Source: a bacterium
Lineage (GTDB): Bacteria; Patescibacteriota; Saccharimonadia; Saccharimonadales; DATKHC01
Assembly (NCBI GenBank): GCA_021781215.1
Contig: JAJXXC010000006.1
Coordinates: 11,029 to 75,028 of the forward strand
DNA length: 64,000 nucleotides
Reading direction: 5' to 3'
Numbering within the stretch: position 1 is the first letter of the stretch; every line of letters starts with the position of its first letter. Positions 9,789 through 19,357 of this stretch are shown in pieces. Under the pieces are notes generated by a model that was given only the letters and a program-made list of their open reading frames with translations, did no database searches and had not been told where the DNA came from. The translations under genes were made by a program, and so were the position numbers.

Positions 9789-10616
9789 ATGAAAATATTA
9801 GATGGCAGAGAGTTAGCTAGCTACATCAAGAATCGACAGCTTAGAGAGGTGACTACTCTCAGGATAAACTATAAAAAAATACCGAAATTGGCGATAGTCC
9901 AGATTAAAGATGATCCGGTAATCAATACTTATGTCAGATTAAAAAAGCAATATGGTGATGATATTGGAATCGAGGTCGAGAGTTTTCATCCCAAACAATC
10001 CGATGCAATAGCAACTATAAATAAATTAAATATGGATGATAGCGTCGATGGTATTATCGTGCAGCTACCTATAGAAAATGTTGGGCAAACGGATGAAATT
10101 TTGAATACAGTTAACGCCGACAAGGATGTTGATGCCCTGTCAGATAAGTCGCAATTTGATCCGGCAACGCCAACGGCAATACTATGGTTATTGGCCGGAT
10201 ATAATATTGAACTAAACGGTAAAAATATCCTAATAATAGGCAATGGTAAATTAGTTGGCAGGCCACTCAGCGAGATGTTAGCAAAATCTGGCCAGAAAGT
10301 AACAGTTGCTGATAGAAAAACTAAAAATCTTAAAGACCTTTCCCTCAACTCTAATATAATTATTACGGCTACAGGCAGTCCCGCCATACTTAGTTCAGAT
10401 ATGATTGCTCCAGGTTCAGTTATTGTCGATGCGGGCGTAGCTACGGATAAGGGTAAAAGTGTCGGCGACTTAGATGAATCCGTATATCTAAGGGATGACT
10501 TAATAGTAACTCCAACTAGGGGTGGGGTTGGTCCTTTGACTATATGTTCATTATTTTCAAATGTAATCAAATCTGCTCAGAATTCTATAGACGATAAAAT
10601 ATTGAATAAACTCTAG
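9789..10616 (+). CDS. folD: methylenetetrahydrofolate dehydrogenase/cyclohydrolase
   Basis: ILDGR, GIIVQLP, KDVD, PATP, LVGRPL, GGVGPLT. Confidence 0.95.
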   Translation: MKILDGRELASYIKNRQLREVTTLRINYKKIPKLAIVQIKDDPVINTYVRLKKQYGDDIGIEVESFHPKQSDAIATINKLNMDDSVDGIIVQLPIENVGQTDEILNTVNADKDVDALSDKSQFDPATPTAILWLLAGYNIELNGKNILIIGNGKLVGRPLSEMLAKSGQKVTVADRKTKNLKDLSLNSNIIITATGSPAILSSDMIAPGSVIVDAGVATDKGKSVGDLDESVYLRDDLIVTPTRGGVGPLTICSLFSNVIKSAQNSIDDKILNKL

Positions 10617-10775
10617 CTTTTTTATACCAAGTGTGATATATTAGAATAAGTTGTTTAAGAAAAGCTTTGACTGGCCGCTCTCGGACTAAAATCTCAATAA
10701 TCTCTCACTTGTTATATAAGGGGAGATTTTTATATTTTAATCTGTTGTGCTAACATTTATCCAGTACTAATAAAT

Positions 10776-10850
<75 letters not shown>

Positions 10851-10860
10851 TCGGAGAGTT

Positions 10861-10920
10861 ACAGATGAGATTTTATTATAAAATACCTAGACTAAAGATT
10901 TGTGGCCAAATCTCATCTGT
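10861..10920. repeat. 13-bp perfect inverted repeat
   Basis: ACAGATGAGATTT (10861-10873) and AAATCTCATCTGT (10908-10920). Confidence 0.8.
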
Positions 10921-10952
10921 TAAATAGTTTGATTCTATTCAATGATAGATTG

Positions 10953-11261
10953 CTAAAGGATTCTGTCTAGGTCTCTGCGTCCGTATAGCATACGCCTAAT
11001 TATCATGACATTATCTATGACAACATAGAATATTAGGTAATTGCCTACAAGAATTCTGCGGTATGGGTATGGTCGGTTGTCTAGTGACTGGTAGGGTGCT
11101 ACGCTCAGTGGATTACTGAGACGTTTTTTAATGGCAGCTTCAGCATTATTAACAAGTGTTTTTGCCGCTAAATTGTTTTTAAGCTCAAATAATAGATAAT
11201 CTGTAATATTATCTAAATCTTCATAGAAAAGTGGAGAGTAACGAAGCTCAAAGTTAGCCAT
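10953..11261 (-). CDS. RelE/ParE family toxin
   Basis: EDLDNITDY...NNLAA...YRRILVGNYLIFYVV...IRRMLYGRRD; overlaps the antitoxin gene. Confidence 0.9.
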   Translation of the reverse strand: MANFELRYSPLFYEDLDNITDYLLFELKNNLAAKTLVNNAEAAIKKRLSNPLSVAPYQSLDNRPYPYRRILVGNYLIFYVVIDNVMIIRRMLYGRRDLDRIL

Positions 11262-11520
11262 TTATTTTTGCATTAATTTTAGAGAATACATCATCATGCG
11301 TTAGGTTTTCGGCGTGACTATTTGCGTAAATATCAGCTTCGTCAAGAGCACGCTCAATATAATCAAGATGAGATAGTTTACTAAATTTATCAAAACTCAT
11401 GGTCACCATAGAAGCTCTTCCGTTCGTAGTAAAGATAACAGGCTTATTTTTACCACTAACTTCTTGCTCCACTTCTGTAAAGTGATTTCTTAAATCAGAT
11501 ATGGGTCTAATAGTTAACAT
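11254..11520 (-). CDS. Phd/YefM family antitoxin
   Basis: MLTIRPISDLRNHF...PVIFTTNGR; start moved to 11520, downstream of an AAGGA RBS. Confidence 0.9.
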   Translation of the reverse strand: MLTIRPISDLRNHFTEVEQEVSGKNKPVIFTTNGRASMVTMSFDKFSKLSHLDYIERALDEADIYANSHAENLTHDDVFSKINAKING

Positions 11521-11538
11521 AATATATATCCTTTTATA

Positions 11539-11558
11539 GTTATCATAATTATGATAAC
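11539..11558. promoter_or_regulatory. palindromic operator of the Phd-RelE operon
   Basis: Perfect 20-bp palindrome GTTATCATAATTATGATAAC just upstream of the antitoxin. Confidence 0.7.
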
Positions 11559-11594
11559 ACATAATTCAAGATTTGTTTATTTCTTAATGTCTTA

Positions 11595-11651
11595 TTACAT
11601 CTAATAATTTCTCTGACCAAAATCTTATAAACTGATTAATCTAGGTCACCA
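11595..11651 (+). repeat. tRNA-Glu array repeat G1 (degenerate)
   Basis: Ends in CTAGGTCACCA; minus strand retains EIIRC (equivalent to EIxRW) after a frameshift. Confidence 0.5.
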
Positions 11652-11733
11652 ATTCCCGTAACAGAAGACGAGATTGATGCATGGGAAGAGATTACTTTCA
11701 TTCCAACACACGATTGGCTTGAAAGTAAAAGCA

Positions 11734-11841
11734 TCAAACAGTAGCGTTAAGACTTATCCAATTTACGCTAACTAATACCTCGTACCACCTGAGTAACTCG
11801 GAACAAATAACATTCCAATTCGAGTGGAGCGGGGTCACTAT
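11734..11841 (+). repeat. tRNA-Glu array repeat G2
   Basis: Core GCGGGGTCACTA; minus strand IVTPLHSNWNVICSELLRWYEVLVSVNWISLNATV*. Confidence 0.85.
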
Positions 11842-11868
11842 ACTCACATGTGCGCCATATATAAGTAC

Positions 11869-11897
11869 TTGACAAATAGTGCCTACATGCCTACACT
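11869..11897 (+). promoter_or_regulatory. sigma70 promoter with tandem operator, leaderless start
   Basis: TTGACA-17-TACACT, 6 nt before ATG 11904; TGCCTACA direct repeat x2 (11880-11895). Confidence 0.7.
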
Positions 11898-11903
11898 AAG
11901 AGT

Positions 11904-12179
11904 ATGTCAACTATTCAATATACAATTCGTGGGGTTCCACCTGAGATTGATGCTAGGCTTCGTCGTTTAGCTCGCTTAAAAAACCGTAGCCTTAATCAGG
12001 TTGTTCTTGAACAACTGTCTTCTAATAAGTTAATTTTGCCTAAAAGGTCAACTAATATTGTTAAATCTAAGGTCAATACAGATTTTGATGATTTATTTGG
12101 CAGTATTACACCTCTTGAACCAGAAGTAGAAGCAGCTCTAATCTCTCAGCGAGTGGTGAATCCTAAAGATTGGCAATAA
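11904..12179 (+). CDS. ribbon-helix-helix antitoxin (FitA/VapB-like)
   Basis: QYTIRGVPPEIDARLRRLARLKNRSLNQVV; directly upstream of a PIN toxin. Confidence 0.85.
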   Translation: MSTIQYTIRGVPPEIDARLRRLARLKNRSLNQVVLEQLSSNKLILPKRSTNIVKSKVNTDFDDLFGSITPLEPEVEAALISQRVVNPKDWQ

Positions 12180-12180
12180 T

Positions 12181-12573
12181 ATGGACTTCGACCTACTGGT
12201 CTTGGACACAAATTACTATTCAGCCTTGGCGAAAAAAGACATTAGTGTTAATTCACTTATCCGAAATTCAGAAGAAATTGCTTTACCTCATACAGTAATC
12301 GGTGAGTTACTTGGAGGTTTTCGTTATGGAAGCCAATTTGATAAAAACTATAACGATTTAAAACGACTTCTAGCAAAGCCAACATGCAGAGTACTCATGC
12401 CATCCATAGAAACAGCAAATATATATGGTCGACTATATGCTGATCTTAAGAGGCGTGGAAAAATGATTCCTATGAATGATATTTGGATAGCAGCTCTAAC
12501 TATTGAGTACGAAGGAACACTAGCTACGTATGACAAAGATTTCACCGCCATCCAAGGCATTAAGCTTGTTTAG
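12181..12573 (+). CDS. vapC: VapC family PIN-domain toxin
   Basis: LVLDTN, VIGELLGGF, IPMNDIWIAA, TYDKDF. Confidence 0.92.
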   Translation: MDFDLLVLDTNYYSALAKKDISVNSLIRNSEEIALPHTVIGELLGGFRYGSQFDKNYNDLKRLLAKPTCRVLMPSIETANIYGRLYADLKRRGKMIPMNDIWIAALTIEYEGTLATYDKDFTAIQGIKLV

Positions 12574-12682
12574 CGGCTTTAATAGAAGATAGATTTAGCC
12601 AATCTTTTTCGATTAATACTTGGTACCATCTAAGTATTTCAGAACAAATAACCTTCCAATTCGAGTGTAGCGGGGCCACCAG
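12560..12682 (+). repeat. tRNA-Glu array repeat G3
   Basis: Core GCGGGGCCACCA; minus strand LVAPLHSNWKVICSEILRWYQVLIEKDWLNLSSIKAAKQA*; clearly similar to G2. Confidence 0.85.
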
Positions 12683-12852
12683 TATACTTATGCCATTTCG
12701 ATATATTCTTAATAGACATATAAAAATCTTAGATTTATATTAATGTTTAACCATTAAATGAACGTTTTAACTTCAGTCTATTAATTGACATAAGTTTAAA
12801 TTAGCTATAATCTTAAGCTTAGAAAAATCCATAAAAACAAAAAGGAATATAT

Positions 12853-13563
12853 ATGAATGAACAGAATCTTAACCCTGGAGCTATACCGGCATCAGGTCTT
12901 AGTGAGGAAGATAACCAGAAAGTAAAAGATATTTATTCGCAGCATGGTAGAGCGTCGAGTGATCTAGGATTGGCACAAGATGTTCAGGCGAAAGTGGTAG
13001 CACATGAAGCTGAAATAAATGACCCTGAGCCCGCAAATGGAATCGATCCTAGTAGTGGCGAATACAGAAAACTTGAGCGATGGGAAAGAGACAATAGTTC
13101 GCTACCCAATATGCCTGATTCTACAGGCGCACAGGGAATAGTTGATAACGCTCAAGATAGCTATGACCTATCAGTAATTCGTGGACAAAAGCATTTCGAA
13201 CAACATATGCCCGAATATGTTGAACAAGCAAAAATTGATGCAGCAGCTGAGGGTATATCGATAAATTCTAATGCTCATGAAGAACTTTTAACCCCTAGTG
13301 CACTAGAAGCACAGCTCGGATTGGAACATCTAGACGATATTGAACTTCGATTAAATAGAGCAGAAGCACTTCTTGCAGCATTGCTTCAAGAGTGCCAGCA
13401 AGTACCAAATACATTCACAGTATACGGCAAGAAGACCATGGAGATATCAATCGAGAAAGTAGATAAGGTTTTAGACCAATTTAGAAGTAAAAAAACGATG
13501 GATGACCGAAATATAATTGTATCTGAGATGCGCAATCAGGCATATGATGAAGCATCGAATTAA
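12853..13563 (+). CDS. hypothetical protein
   Basis: 236-aa ORF with upstream TTGACA-17-TATAAT and AAGGA. Confidence 0.65.
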   Translation: MNEQNLNPGAIPASGLSEEDNQKVKDIYSQHGRASSDLGLAQDVQAKVVAHEAEINDPEPANGIDPSSGEYRKLERWERDNSSLPNMPDSTGAQGIVDNAQDSYDLSVIRGQKHFEQHMPEYVEQAKIDAAAEGISINSNAHEELLTPSALEAQLGLEHLDDIELRLNRAEALLAALLQECQQVPNTFTVYGKKTMEISIEKVDKVLDQFRSKKTMDDRNIIVSEMRNQAYDEASN

Positions 13564-13627
13564 TAGCTCAACAACAAACTAACAATTAAGCTTCACTTGA
13601 CGTTAGAAGTTTGCTTAATGGATATAG

Positions 13628-13702
13628 CTATTTCAATAAGCAATGCCACTCATTAATTTCTGTACAGATATTGTTTCGGTTCGAACTGAGGTGGTTCAGT
13701 AT
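13628..13702 (+). repeat. tRNA-Glu array repeat G4 (degenerate)
   Basis: Minus strand ILNHLSSNRNNICTEINEWHCLLK* aligns without gaps to G2/G3. Confidence 0.65.
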
Positions 13703-13762
13703 TACACATACGTTTAATGCAGACGTATTAAGAATTACAAAATACATGCTATAGTATGCATC

Positions 13763-14248
13763 ATGAGAAAATTTGAGCAATCTAAAAAACTTGTTGCATC
13801 TGGTCTAGCCTTAACTTTTGGAACATTTATTATGAGCGGAATTGACATTAATAGTTCGGCTGCTACTAAAAATATAGCTAAAACAGAGATTCAATCTACA
13901 GAACACTTGAAATCAAAACTAGAAGTTTGTAGCCAAGCATATAAATCATTATGGAAACCTAATGACCAGTTTATCCTTGGCTTATCGTATCTTGCCCTAC
14001 TAGCCAAACAACTTGGAGTAACGGTTCAAACTCTAGAAACTGGTGAGTTTGGAACAGCTGTTTGTACCCCTGGTTTTAGCTCAAATGTTGTAAACGAAGA
14101 TAAAATAGTTGAAGTTAAAAATGTGAGTGGTGAATGTCTAGTTTTTGGTTATGAGCCAAAAAAACTCCCTACTAAGCCTAACGCTTTATATAATGATTTA
14201 GCCGTAACCTGTGTAATTACTCCTAAGCCAATAGTCATTACAAGTTAA
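13763..14248 (+). CDS. hypothetical secreted protein
   Basis: N-terminal signal-like segment and 4 Cys; TGnTATAGT 7 nt upstream of ATG. Confidence 0.6.
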   Translation: MRKFEQSKKLVASGLALTFGTFIMSGIDINSSAATKNIAKTEIQSTEHLKSKLEVCSQAYKSLWKPNDQFILGLSYLALLAKQLGVTVQTLETGEFGTAVCTPGFSSNVVNEDKIVEVKNVSGECLVFGYEPKKLPTKPNALYNDLAVTCVITPKPIVITS

Positions 14249-14258
14249 ATCTACTTTT

Positions 14259-14327
14259 TTATATTTGCTTATAAGAGATAATCTCTCTAATGATCTCCTT
14301 ATCACTTGAATAGGATAAAGTCACCAA
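14259..14327 (+). repeat. tRNA-Glu array repeat G5 (degenerate, distal)
   Basis: Core AAAGTCACCA; minus strand LVTLSYSSDKEIIREIISYKQI* keeps the V-T...I-x2-E-I register. Confidence 0.45.
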
Positions 14328-14452
14328 ATACGCTACGATACCTAAATTATGAGGATAATGACAATACCGATCTGATATTGTTACCAATAGTCATATTTAT
14401 TGACAAATCTCTATTCATTGAGATAATTAAGGTACTTTAAATCATAAGCTAA

Positions 14453-14677
14453 ATGAACACACAACAAATACAATCTAAAAAATCAATTACTCCGGCGCAG
14501 GCTCTCTTGCAAAAAGAGGTGACTAGAAAAGAGTTTATAGCTACATCTGGACTTGCAATAGTATCGATTCTGGGTTTTTCTACTATTATTCATTTTCTGA
14601 CTGGTCATGGTAATGGACGGCCAATAGTCGCAAGCTCTAAACAAAGTGGCTATGGATCAAGCTCCTACGGTCGATAA
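14453..14677 (+). CDS. small protein with a Tat-signal-like (RK variant) motif
   Basis: EVTRKEFI followed by a hydrophobic helix; paralogue of 16017..16352. Confidence 0.7.
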   Translation: MNTQQIQSKKSITPAQALLQKEVTRKEFIATSGLAIVSILGFSTIIHFLTGHGNGRPIVASSKQSGYGSSSYGR

Positions 14678-14717
14678 GAATAACTACTGATTTTTCTGCT
14701 ATCTGATGTTTTATGAG

Positions 14718-15695
14718 CTACTCTTGAGATTGATTTAAGCCAGTTTGTGTTTTAAGGGTGCTCGGGATAATGTCCGTGATCAATTGTTTGTTGGCCTTAA
14801 TTTGTCGAGTAACATTAGGGTGAGTACTGGGGGCTAACGTCCGACGTGTCATCGCATTAGTGGTAGTTATTGTTGGTTTTAATGGTGACTTAGGCATAAT
14901 ATTTTGACCTGTTTGTATAAAAATACCATCTTGTTGTTTTAGCTCATGCCTGTTGATAAGCCACAATAACAGAATGGTAAGGTTATACATAAATATAATA
15001 GGCCCAGCTATTATCAGTTGATCAATAATATTAGCAGTAGGCGCCATTAACATTGAAATAATGAATGCTGAAACTATTATGTATCGTTCGGCTTTAAATA
15101 ATTTTCGGGGTGGTAAAGGTTTAATATGATTAATAAACAGTAAGATGATCGGTAGTTGAAACAGCAGCATCGAACCAAGTAAATAGATCGTTAGAAATGA
15201 CATGTATTCCTGAATGGTAAATAACGGATGGATTTGTTTGGTAGTAAACTGATTACTAAGAAAATGTAGTGCAGCGGGCAACCCGATGTAATAGCCAAAA
15301 CAAAAACCGATTATTGCCAGTATCACCGAAAAAAAACTGTAACGAACTATAGAGCGTCTGACGTGGTCTCGGATGAGAGGTCTTAGAAAGGCCAATAATT
15401 GATAGACTATAACTGGTACACTGGCCGCAATACCTACATACAAACAGACCGAGAATAAAAAGTTTATTCCACCTCCTGGTGATGTATATATAAATTGTTG
15501 ATTATTCGAAGGCCTAAGCAAAAAGCTCACAATATGTTGCTGAACTGAATAGGCTACCATAGAAAATAGCATAATTGAGCCCACTACATATATCAGTCGT
15601 TTCCTTAATTCGTACAAATGTTCAATAAAAGGCTTAACGACTTCGTCTAAATGACTTGTCTCAGCCTTTCTTTTCTGGTGTTTCCTTTTTGTCAT
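14718..15695 (-). CDS. tatC: twin-arginine translocase subunit TatC
   Basis: PFIEHLYELRKRL, YQLLAFLRP, FQLP; six TM helices; follows tatA. Confidence 0.92.
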   Translation of the reverse strand: MTKRKHQKRKAETSHLDEVVKPFIEHLYELRKRLIYVVGSIMLFSMVAYSVQQHIVSFLLRPSNNQQFIYTSPGGGINFLFSVCLYVGIAASVPVIVYQLLAFLRPLIRDHVRRSIVRYSFFSVILAIIGFCFGYYIGLPAALHFLSNQFTTKQIHPLFTIQEYMSFLTIYLLGSMLLFQLPIILLFINHIKPLPPRKLFKAERYIIVSAFIISMLMAPTANIIDQLIIAGPIIFMYNLTILLLWLINRHELKQQDGIFIQTGQNIMPKSPLKPTITTTNAMTRRTLAPSTHPNVTRQIKANKQLITDIIPSTLKTQTGLNQSQE

Positions 15696-15870
15696 CAGTT
15701 TTACTTTCGTGTAGGTCGTCAGAAAATCCTTTTCTGAGTTCTCGCACAGAGTTAGATAGATTCTTTGTTAGTTTTGGTAGGTTTTTGCCACCAAACAAAA
15801 CCAAGATAATCGCTAAAATAATAATAAGTTCTGGAGCGCCTAAATCAAGGAATGCAAAATTTGAAAACAT
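15661..15870 (-). CDS. tatA: twin-arginine translocase subunit TatA
   Basis: LGAPELIIILAIILVLFGGKNLPKL...RELRKG. Confidence 0.93.
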   Translation of the reverse strand: MFSNFAFLDLGAPELIIILAIILVLFGGKNLPKLTKNLSNSVRELRKGFSDDLHESKTDDKKETPEKKG

Positions 15871-16016
15871 ATAAACTCCTAATATAAATTGTTATTCAAA
15901 TAATACCATAACTAAAATAGTTTTCTAGTTATAATCTTATTGTCGTCTCTTGACTCTTATGCTTTAACATATGTAGAATAAAAAGCAGTAGAATAAGACG
16001 TGAGATATTATAAGTT

Positions 16017-16352
16017 ATGGGAACAAATCACTCAGAGTACTCCAGCAATGGTTTGAATAGAGGGCTAGGAACGGATACAGCTACCGCTATGTTTGTCAAT
16101 ATTCGACATGTAGAGATGCGGTCAGCTAGTTTAGCGGCTTCGAGCAACCATCTATCAACCCCAATCCAAAACCTTCTTTCAAAACAGGTATCTCGTAAGC
16201 AGTTTTTGTTAATTTTGGGTTTTAGTATTGTTTCGATTCTGGGCTTCTCTAGCATAGTTCATTTTTTTACCGGGAGACGTCCAGGAAATCATATAGCTCA
16301 GAATACATCTAATACCGCATCTAATTATGGACATAAAATACAAAAATCATGA
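16017..16352 (+). CDS. small protein with a Tat-signal-like (RK variant) motif (start may be M at 16089 or 16116)
   Basis: QVSRKQFLL...IVSILGFSSIVHFFTG; paralogue of 14453..14677. Confidence 0.65.
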   Translation: MGTNHSEYSSNGLNRGLGTDTATAMFVNIRHVEMRSASLAASSNHLSTPIQNLLSKQVSRKQFLLILGFSIVSILGFSSIVHFFTGRRPGNHIAQNTSNTASNYGHKIQKS

Positions 16353-16419
16353 GACAGATAATATTTGATACTATTGTTGCGCAAGGCGAGATAGAAGTAA
16401 GTGGCTATAGGCATGATCA

Positions 16420-18843
16420 ATGACCCAGCGCTTACCAATACCTGGTGGCGATGATGGTGATTGGGGAGATATTCTTAATGGATATCTTGGTGTATCACTG
16501 TACAGTGACGGCACTCTAAACCCTAATGTAGTATCTGATTCTCAAGTAGCTAGCTCCGCAGCCATTAATCCTACTAAAATCTCTGGTATTGCGGAAGTGC
16601 GGACAAATAAAAATCAACCTAGTGGTTATGCGGGATTAAATAGCTCTGGTTTTGTGCCAGTGGCTCTTATCCCTGATGCTACGACATCTGTCCCGGGTAT
16701 AGTTCAATTAGCGGGTGACTTGGGTGGTAGCGGTACTACTGCTGTCGCGCCAACTTTGGCTAATACTAGTAATGTTCAAAGTGTAGTGAATAGTATTATT
16801 GCTACTAATACTACAGTGGCTGGGGCTTTGCAAAAGACTAATAATCTAAGCGATGTTAATGATCCTGGATATAGTCGAGCAAACCTCCATGTTCCAGTAC
16901 TGACTCCGGCTGCCTGTGTATCCGTAACTAATGTGGCCAGTCTTTCGGGCCTTAACACCTATGATGGGTATACTTTAGTCACAGGAGATACGGTTCTTTT
17001 AGTCGCTCAATCTACAGCATCTCAGAATGGAGTCTGGATAGTTGCTTCGGGTTCTTGGATACGTCCTACAGAATTTGCTTCAGGTTCAACTATTAAGGGT
17101 AGGTCAATCCTAATTACTAATGGTGCTACCTATGGCAACACTCAATGGTCATTAGATGCTCCTACAGCAGGTATAACTATAGACACTACTTCTCAGACTT
17201 GGAATAACCTAAATACTTTAAATGGTAAGTACACATCTGTTTTTGGTGTAGCCGCACCAACTGGAGCAGCTGCTACAGATGCCGTCAATATCCAAACACA
17301 GATTAATAATGCTTCATCTAATGGTGGTGGAATCGTACAGCTCCAAATAGGTACCTATGCTTTATCATCAACCTCGCGTATTGATTCCACTGTAACTTAT
17401 TATTCCGCTACATCAGGGTCTTATCCTGCTGGGTCATGGCAGGACTCTTCTATTACATCAGCTGATGTCGGCTCTTATGTTATCGGAATAGGCATTAATG
17501 GCCGTTCGCCTAAGATTTTAACGGTTGTTACCTCACCTGTTACCTACTTTACTACTGATATTGCTCCAGGTGGAACGATATCCGCTTCGGCTGTAACTAT
17601 AGTTAATCCTGGCATTGTGTTGCCAGATGGTGTCACTCTCCAAGGAATAGCTGCGCCGTCAGGTGATGTAGAAGCAAAAACTGTATCTGGTGGAACAACT
17701 ATCGTAGATAGTGGCACCGGAGTAAGTATCTTCTTGCGCGGTGGAGATAATATCGCTGCCTATTTCGGACGTTCTAAAATCAAAGATTTAGGAATATGGG
17801 GTTCAGCGACCTATGGTTCAGTTGGAAGTACTTTAGCCGGTATTTGGGCAAACAATAACACTTCATTCTTAGAGATATGGGACTGTGACATCTCCGGTCA
17901 TTATCAGTTTGGGCTAGCGCTAGATTACAATATTAATTCACTAGATTGCCATAATACGGGCTTTAGCTACTGTGGTCACGCCAGTGCTACTAGCCCAACA
18001 GGTGGTGTGGGAACTGATGTTTATAACGGGTTTGCTTCAGCCGCAATTAATTTTTACAATTGTTGGGGATATAATCTATGGGGCTGGTTTATTGCTCTTG
18101 GTAGCGGTGGACAGGGATCAATCTGCCTTTATAGTTGCCAATGGAATGGTATTAAAGCAACTTCTGCTTATCTATCTGGTTCGGGTGTTCAGGTATCTGG
18201 GCCAAATTCTGTATTGGTAGATTGTTGGTCTGAAACATGTGCTTCCTATGATGTAATAGTTGGCTATGGTTATTGCACTATTATTGCGAGTACTTTATTT
18301 GGTGGTGGGGTTGGTGCTGTCCAAGTTGCTGGATCGTCAACAATAGTTAATCTTATAGGTATTGCTAGCTCTGGTCACAGTACTGCCGCGGTCGTTAATT
18401 CTAATGCCGGTCACGTGTCATGGATGAACTGTCATATCTCAGATTCTGTATTCCTAAATGGCGTGGCTACACCAACGCAGGCAGGAGGTATTGGAACAAC
18501 TAGTAATCTCGTGAGTGCCGGAACAGTTCCAGTCCCTAATGCCGTAACGGTAACTACCAATGCTGGAACCATCCCAGTTACGTCCAGTATTAATACATTC
18601 ACTAATTCATCGTCTGCAGCTATGAGTATTACTTTGGCTACCTCTGGAGCCGTCCAAGGACAGCAGACGATCGTACAAGTATACGATTATGCAGGCACTA
18701 CCGAGTCAATCACTTGGGTTAATACCGAGAACTCTACTATTAGTGTTCCAACTACATCTAATGGATCAACAACATCGCCACTAACTGTTGAATTCATATT
18801 TAACGCTAAGACTACGAAGTGGCGCTGTATTCGATCGGTTTAG
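16420..18843 (+). CDS. large surface/fibre-like protein with a beta-helix region
   Basis: N-terminus MTQRLPIPGGDDGDWGDILNG; tail-fibre-like LSGLNTYDGYTLVTGDTVLLVAQSTASQNGVW segment; G/S/T/N-rich beta-helix-like C-terminal half. Confidence 0.7.
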   Translation: MTQRLPIPGGDDGDWGDILNGYLGVSLYSDGTLNPNVVSDSQVASSAAINPTKISGIAEVRTNKNQPSGYAGLNSSGFVPVALIPDATTSVPGIVQLAGDLGGSGTTAVAPTLANTSNVQSVVNSIIATNTTVAGALQKTNNLSDVNDPGYSRANLHVPVLTPAACVSVTNVASLSGLNTYDGYTLVTGDTVLLVAQSTASQNGVWIVASGSWIRPTEFASGSTIKGRSILITNGATYGNTQWSLDAPTAGITIDTTSQTWNNLNTLNGKYTSVFGVAAPTGAAATDAVNIQTQINNASSNGGGIVQLQIGTYALSSTSRIDSTVTYYSATSGSYPAGSWQDSSITSADVGSYVIGIGINGRSPKILTVVTSPVTYFTTDIAPGGTISASAVTIVNPGIVLPDGVTLQGIAAPSGDVEAKTVSGGTTIVDSGTGVSIFLRGGDNIAAYFGRSKIKDLGIWGSATYGSVGSTLAGIWANNNTSFLEIWDCDISGHYQFGLALDYNINSLDCHNTGFSYCGHASATSPTGGVGTDVYNGFASAAINFYNCWGYNLWGWFIALGSGGQGSICLYSCQWNGIKATSAYLSGSGVQVSGPNSVLVDCWSETCASYDVIVGYGYCTIIASTLFGGGVGAVQVAGSSTIVNLIGIASSGHSTAAVVNSNAGHVSWMNCHISDSVFLNGVATPTQAGGIGTTSNLVSAGTVPVPNAVTVTTNAGTIPVTSSINTFTNSSSAAMSITLATSGAVQGQQTIVQVYDYAGTTESITWVNTENSTISVPTTSNGSTTSPLTVEFIFNAKTTKWRCIRSV

Positions 18844-19357
18844 TAGGGTATATAAAATATTGAATGCTTTCCCATTTTCATAGGTAATTGTAATGCGGTA
18901 TATTCTAAGAAGATAACGAATCTAGGCAGCATATTGTTAAAATCGTAACTGAACTATTAACCAGAGTTTTGAGTCTAATCACGTATTGGCAACTGTAGCA
19001 ATTTAGGTATCAATGTATTTTGTTGTATTGATTGAATAGTTTAGGGCTGATCAGATAGAGCAACGAAGAAGATACTGAACCAGTAGTTGTAATCGTAATA
19101 GTATTGTTAGTTGACTAGCTCCGCTATTGCCGCATTTTTATATTCTTATGCTTTATACGTTTGTAAAATAAAAAGTAGTATAATAACGTGTGTAATATCA
19201 AGGTCAGGGAAACAAATAGCATGGTGCACTTTAGTAGCAGTTTTAATTTAGAACTAAAGACAGCCACCGCTATACCCAATAGTAAAAATCTATCGGATTC
19301 TATAGCTTCAGTCATAGCCAGTATTGTAATTAAACTACAGACGCAGAGCATAAAGTC

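Larger units (their letters stand above)
10851..14327. mobile_element. tRNA-Glu-anchored cassette array (integron-like island)
   Basis: Five related repeats ending in tRNA-Glu 3'-end-like cores separate two TA modules, an empty spacer and two hypothetical genes; no integrase present. Confidence 0.7.

Noticed and set aside
9986..10570. 194-aa antisense ORF, and similar short overlapping ORFs across the window
   Set aside because: Shadows of well-supported genes on the opposite strand or in another frame.
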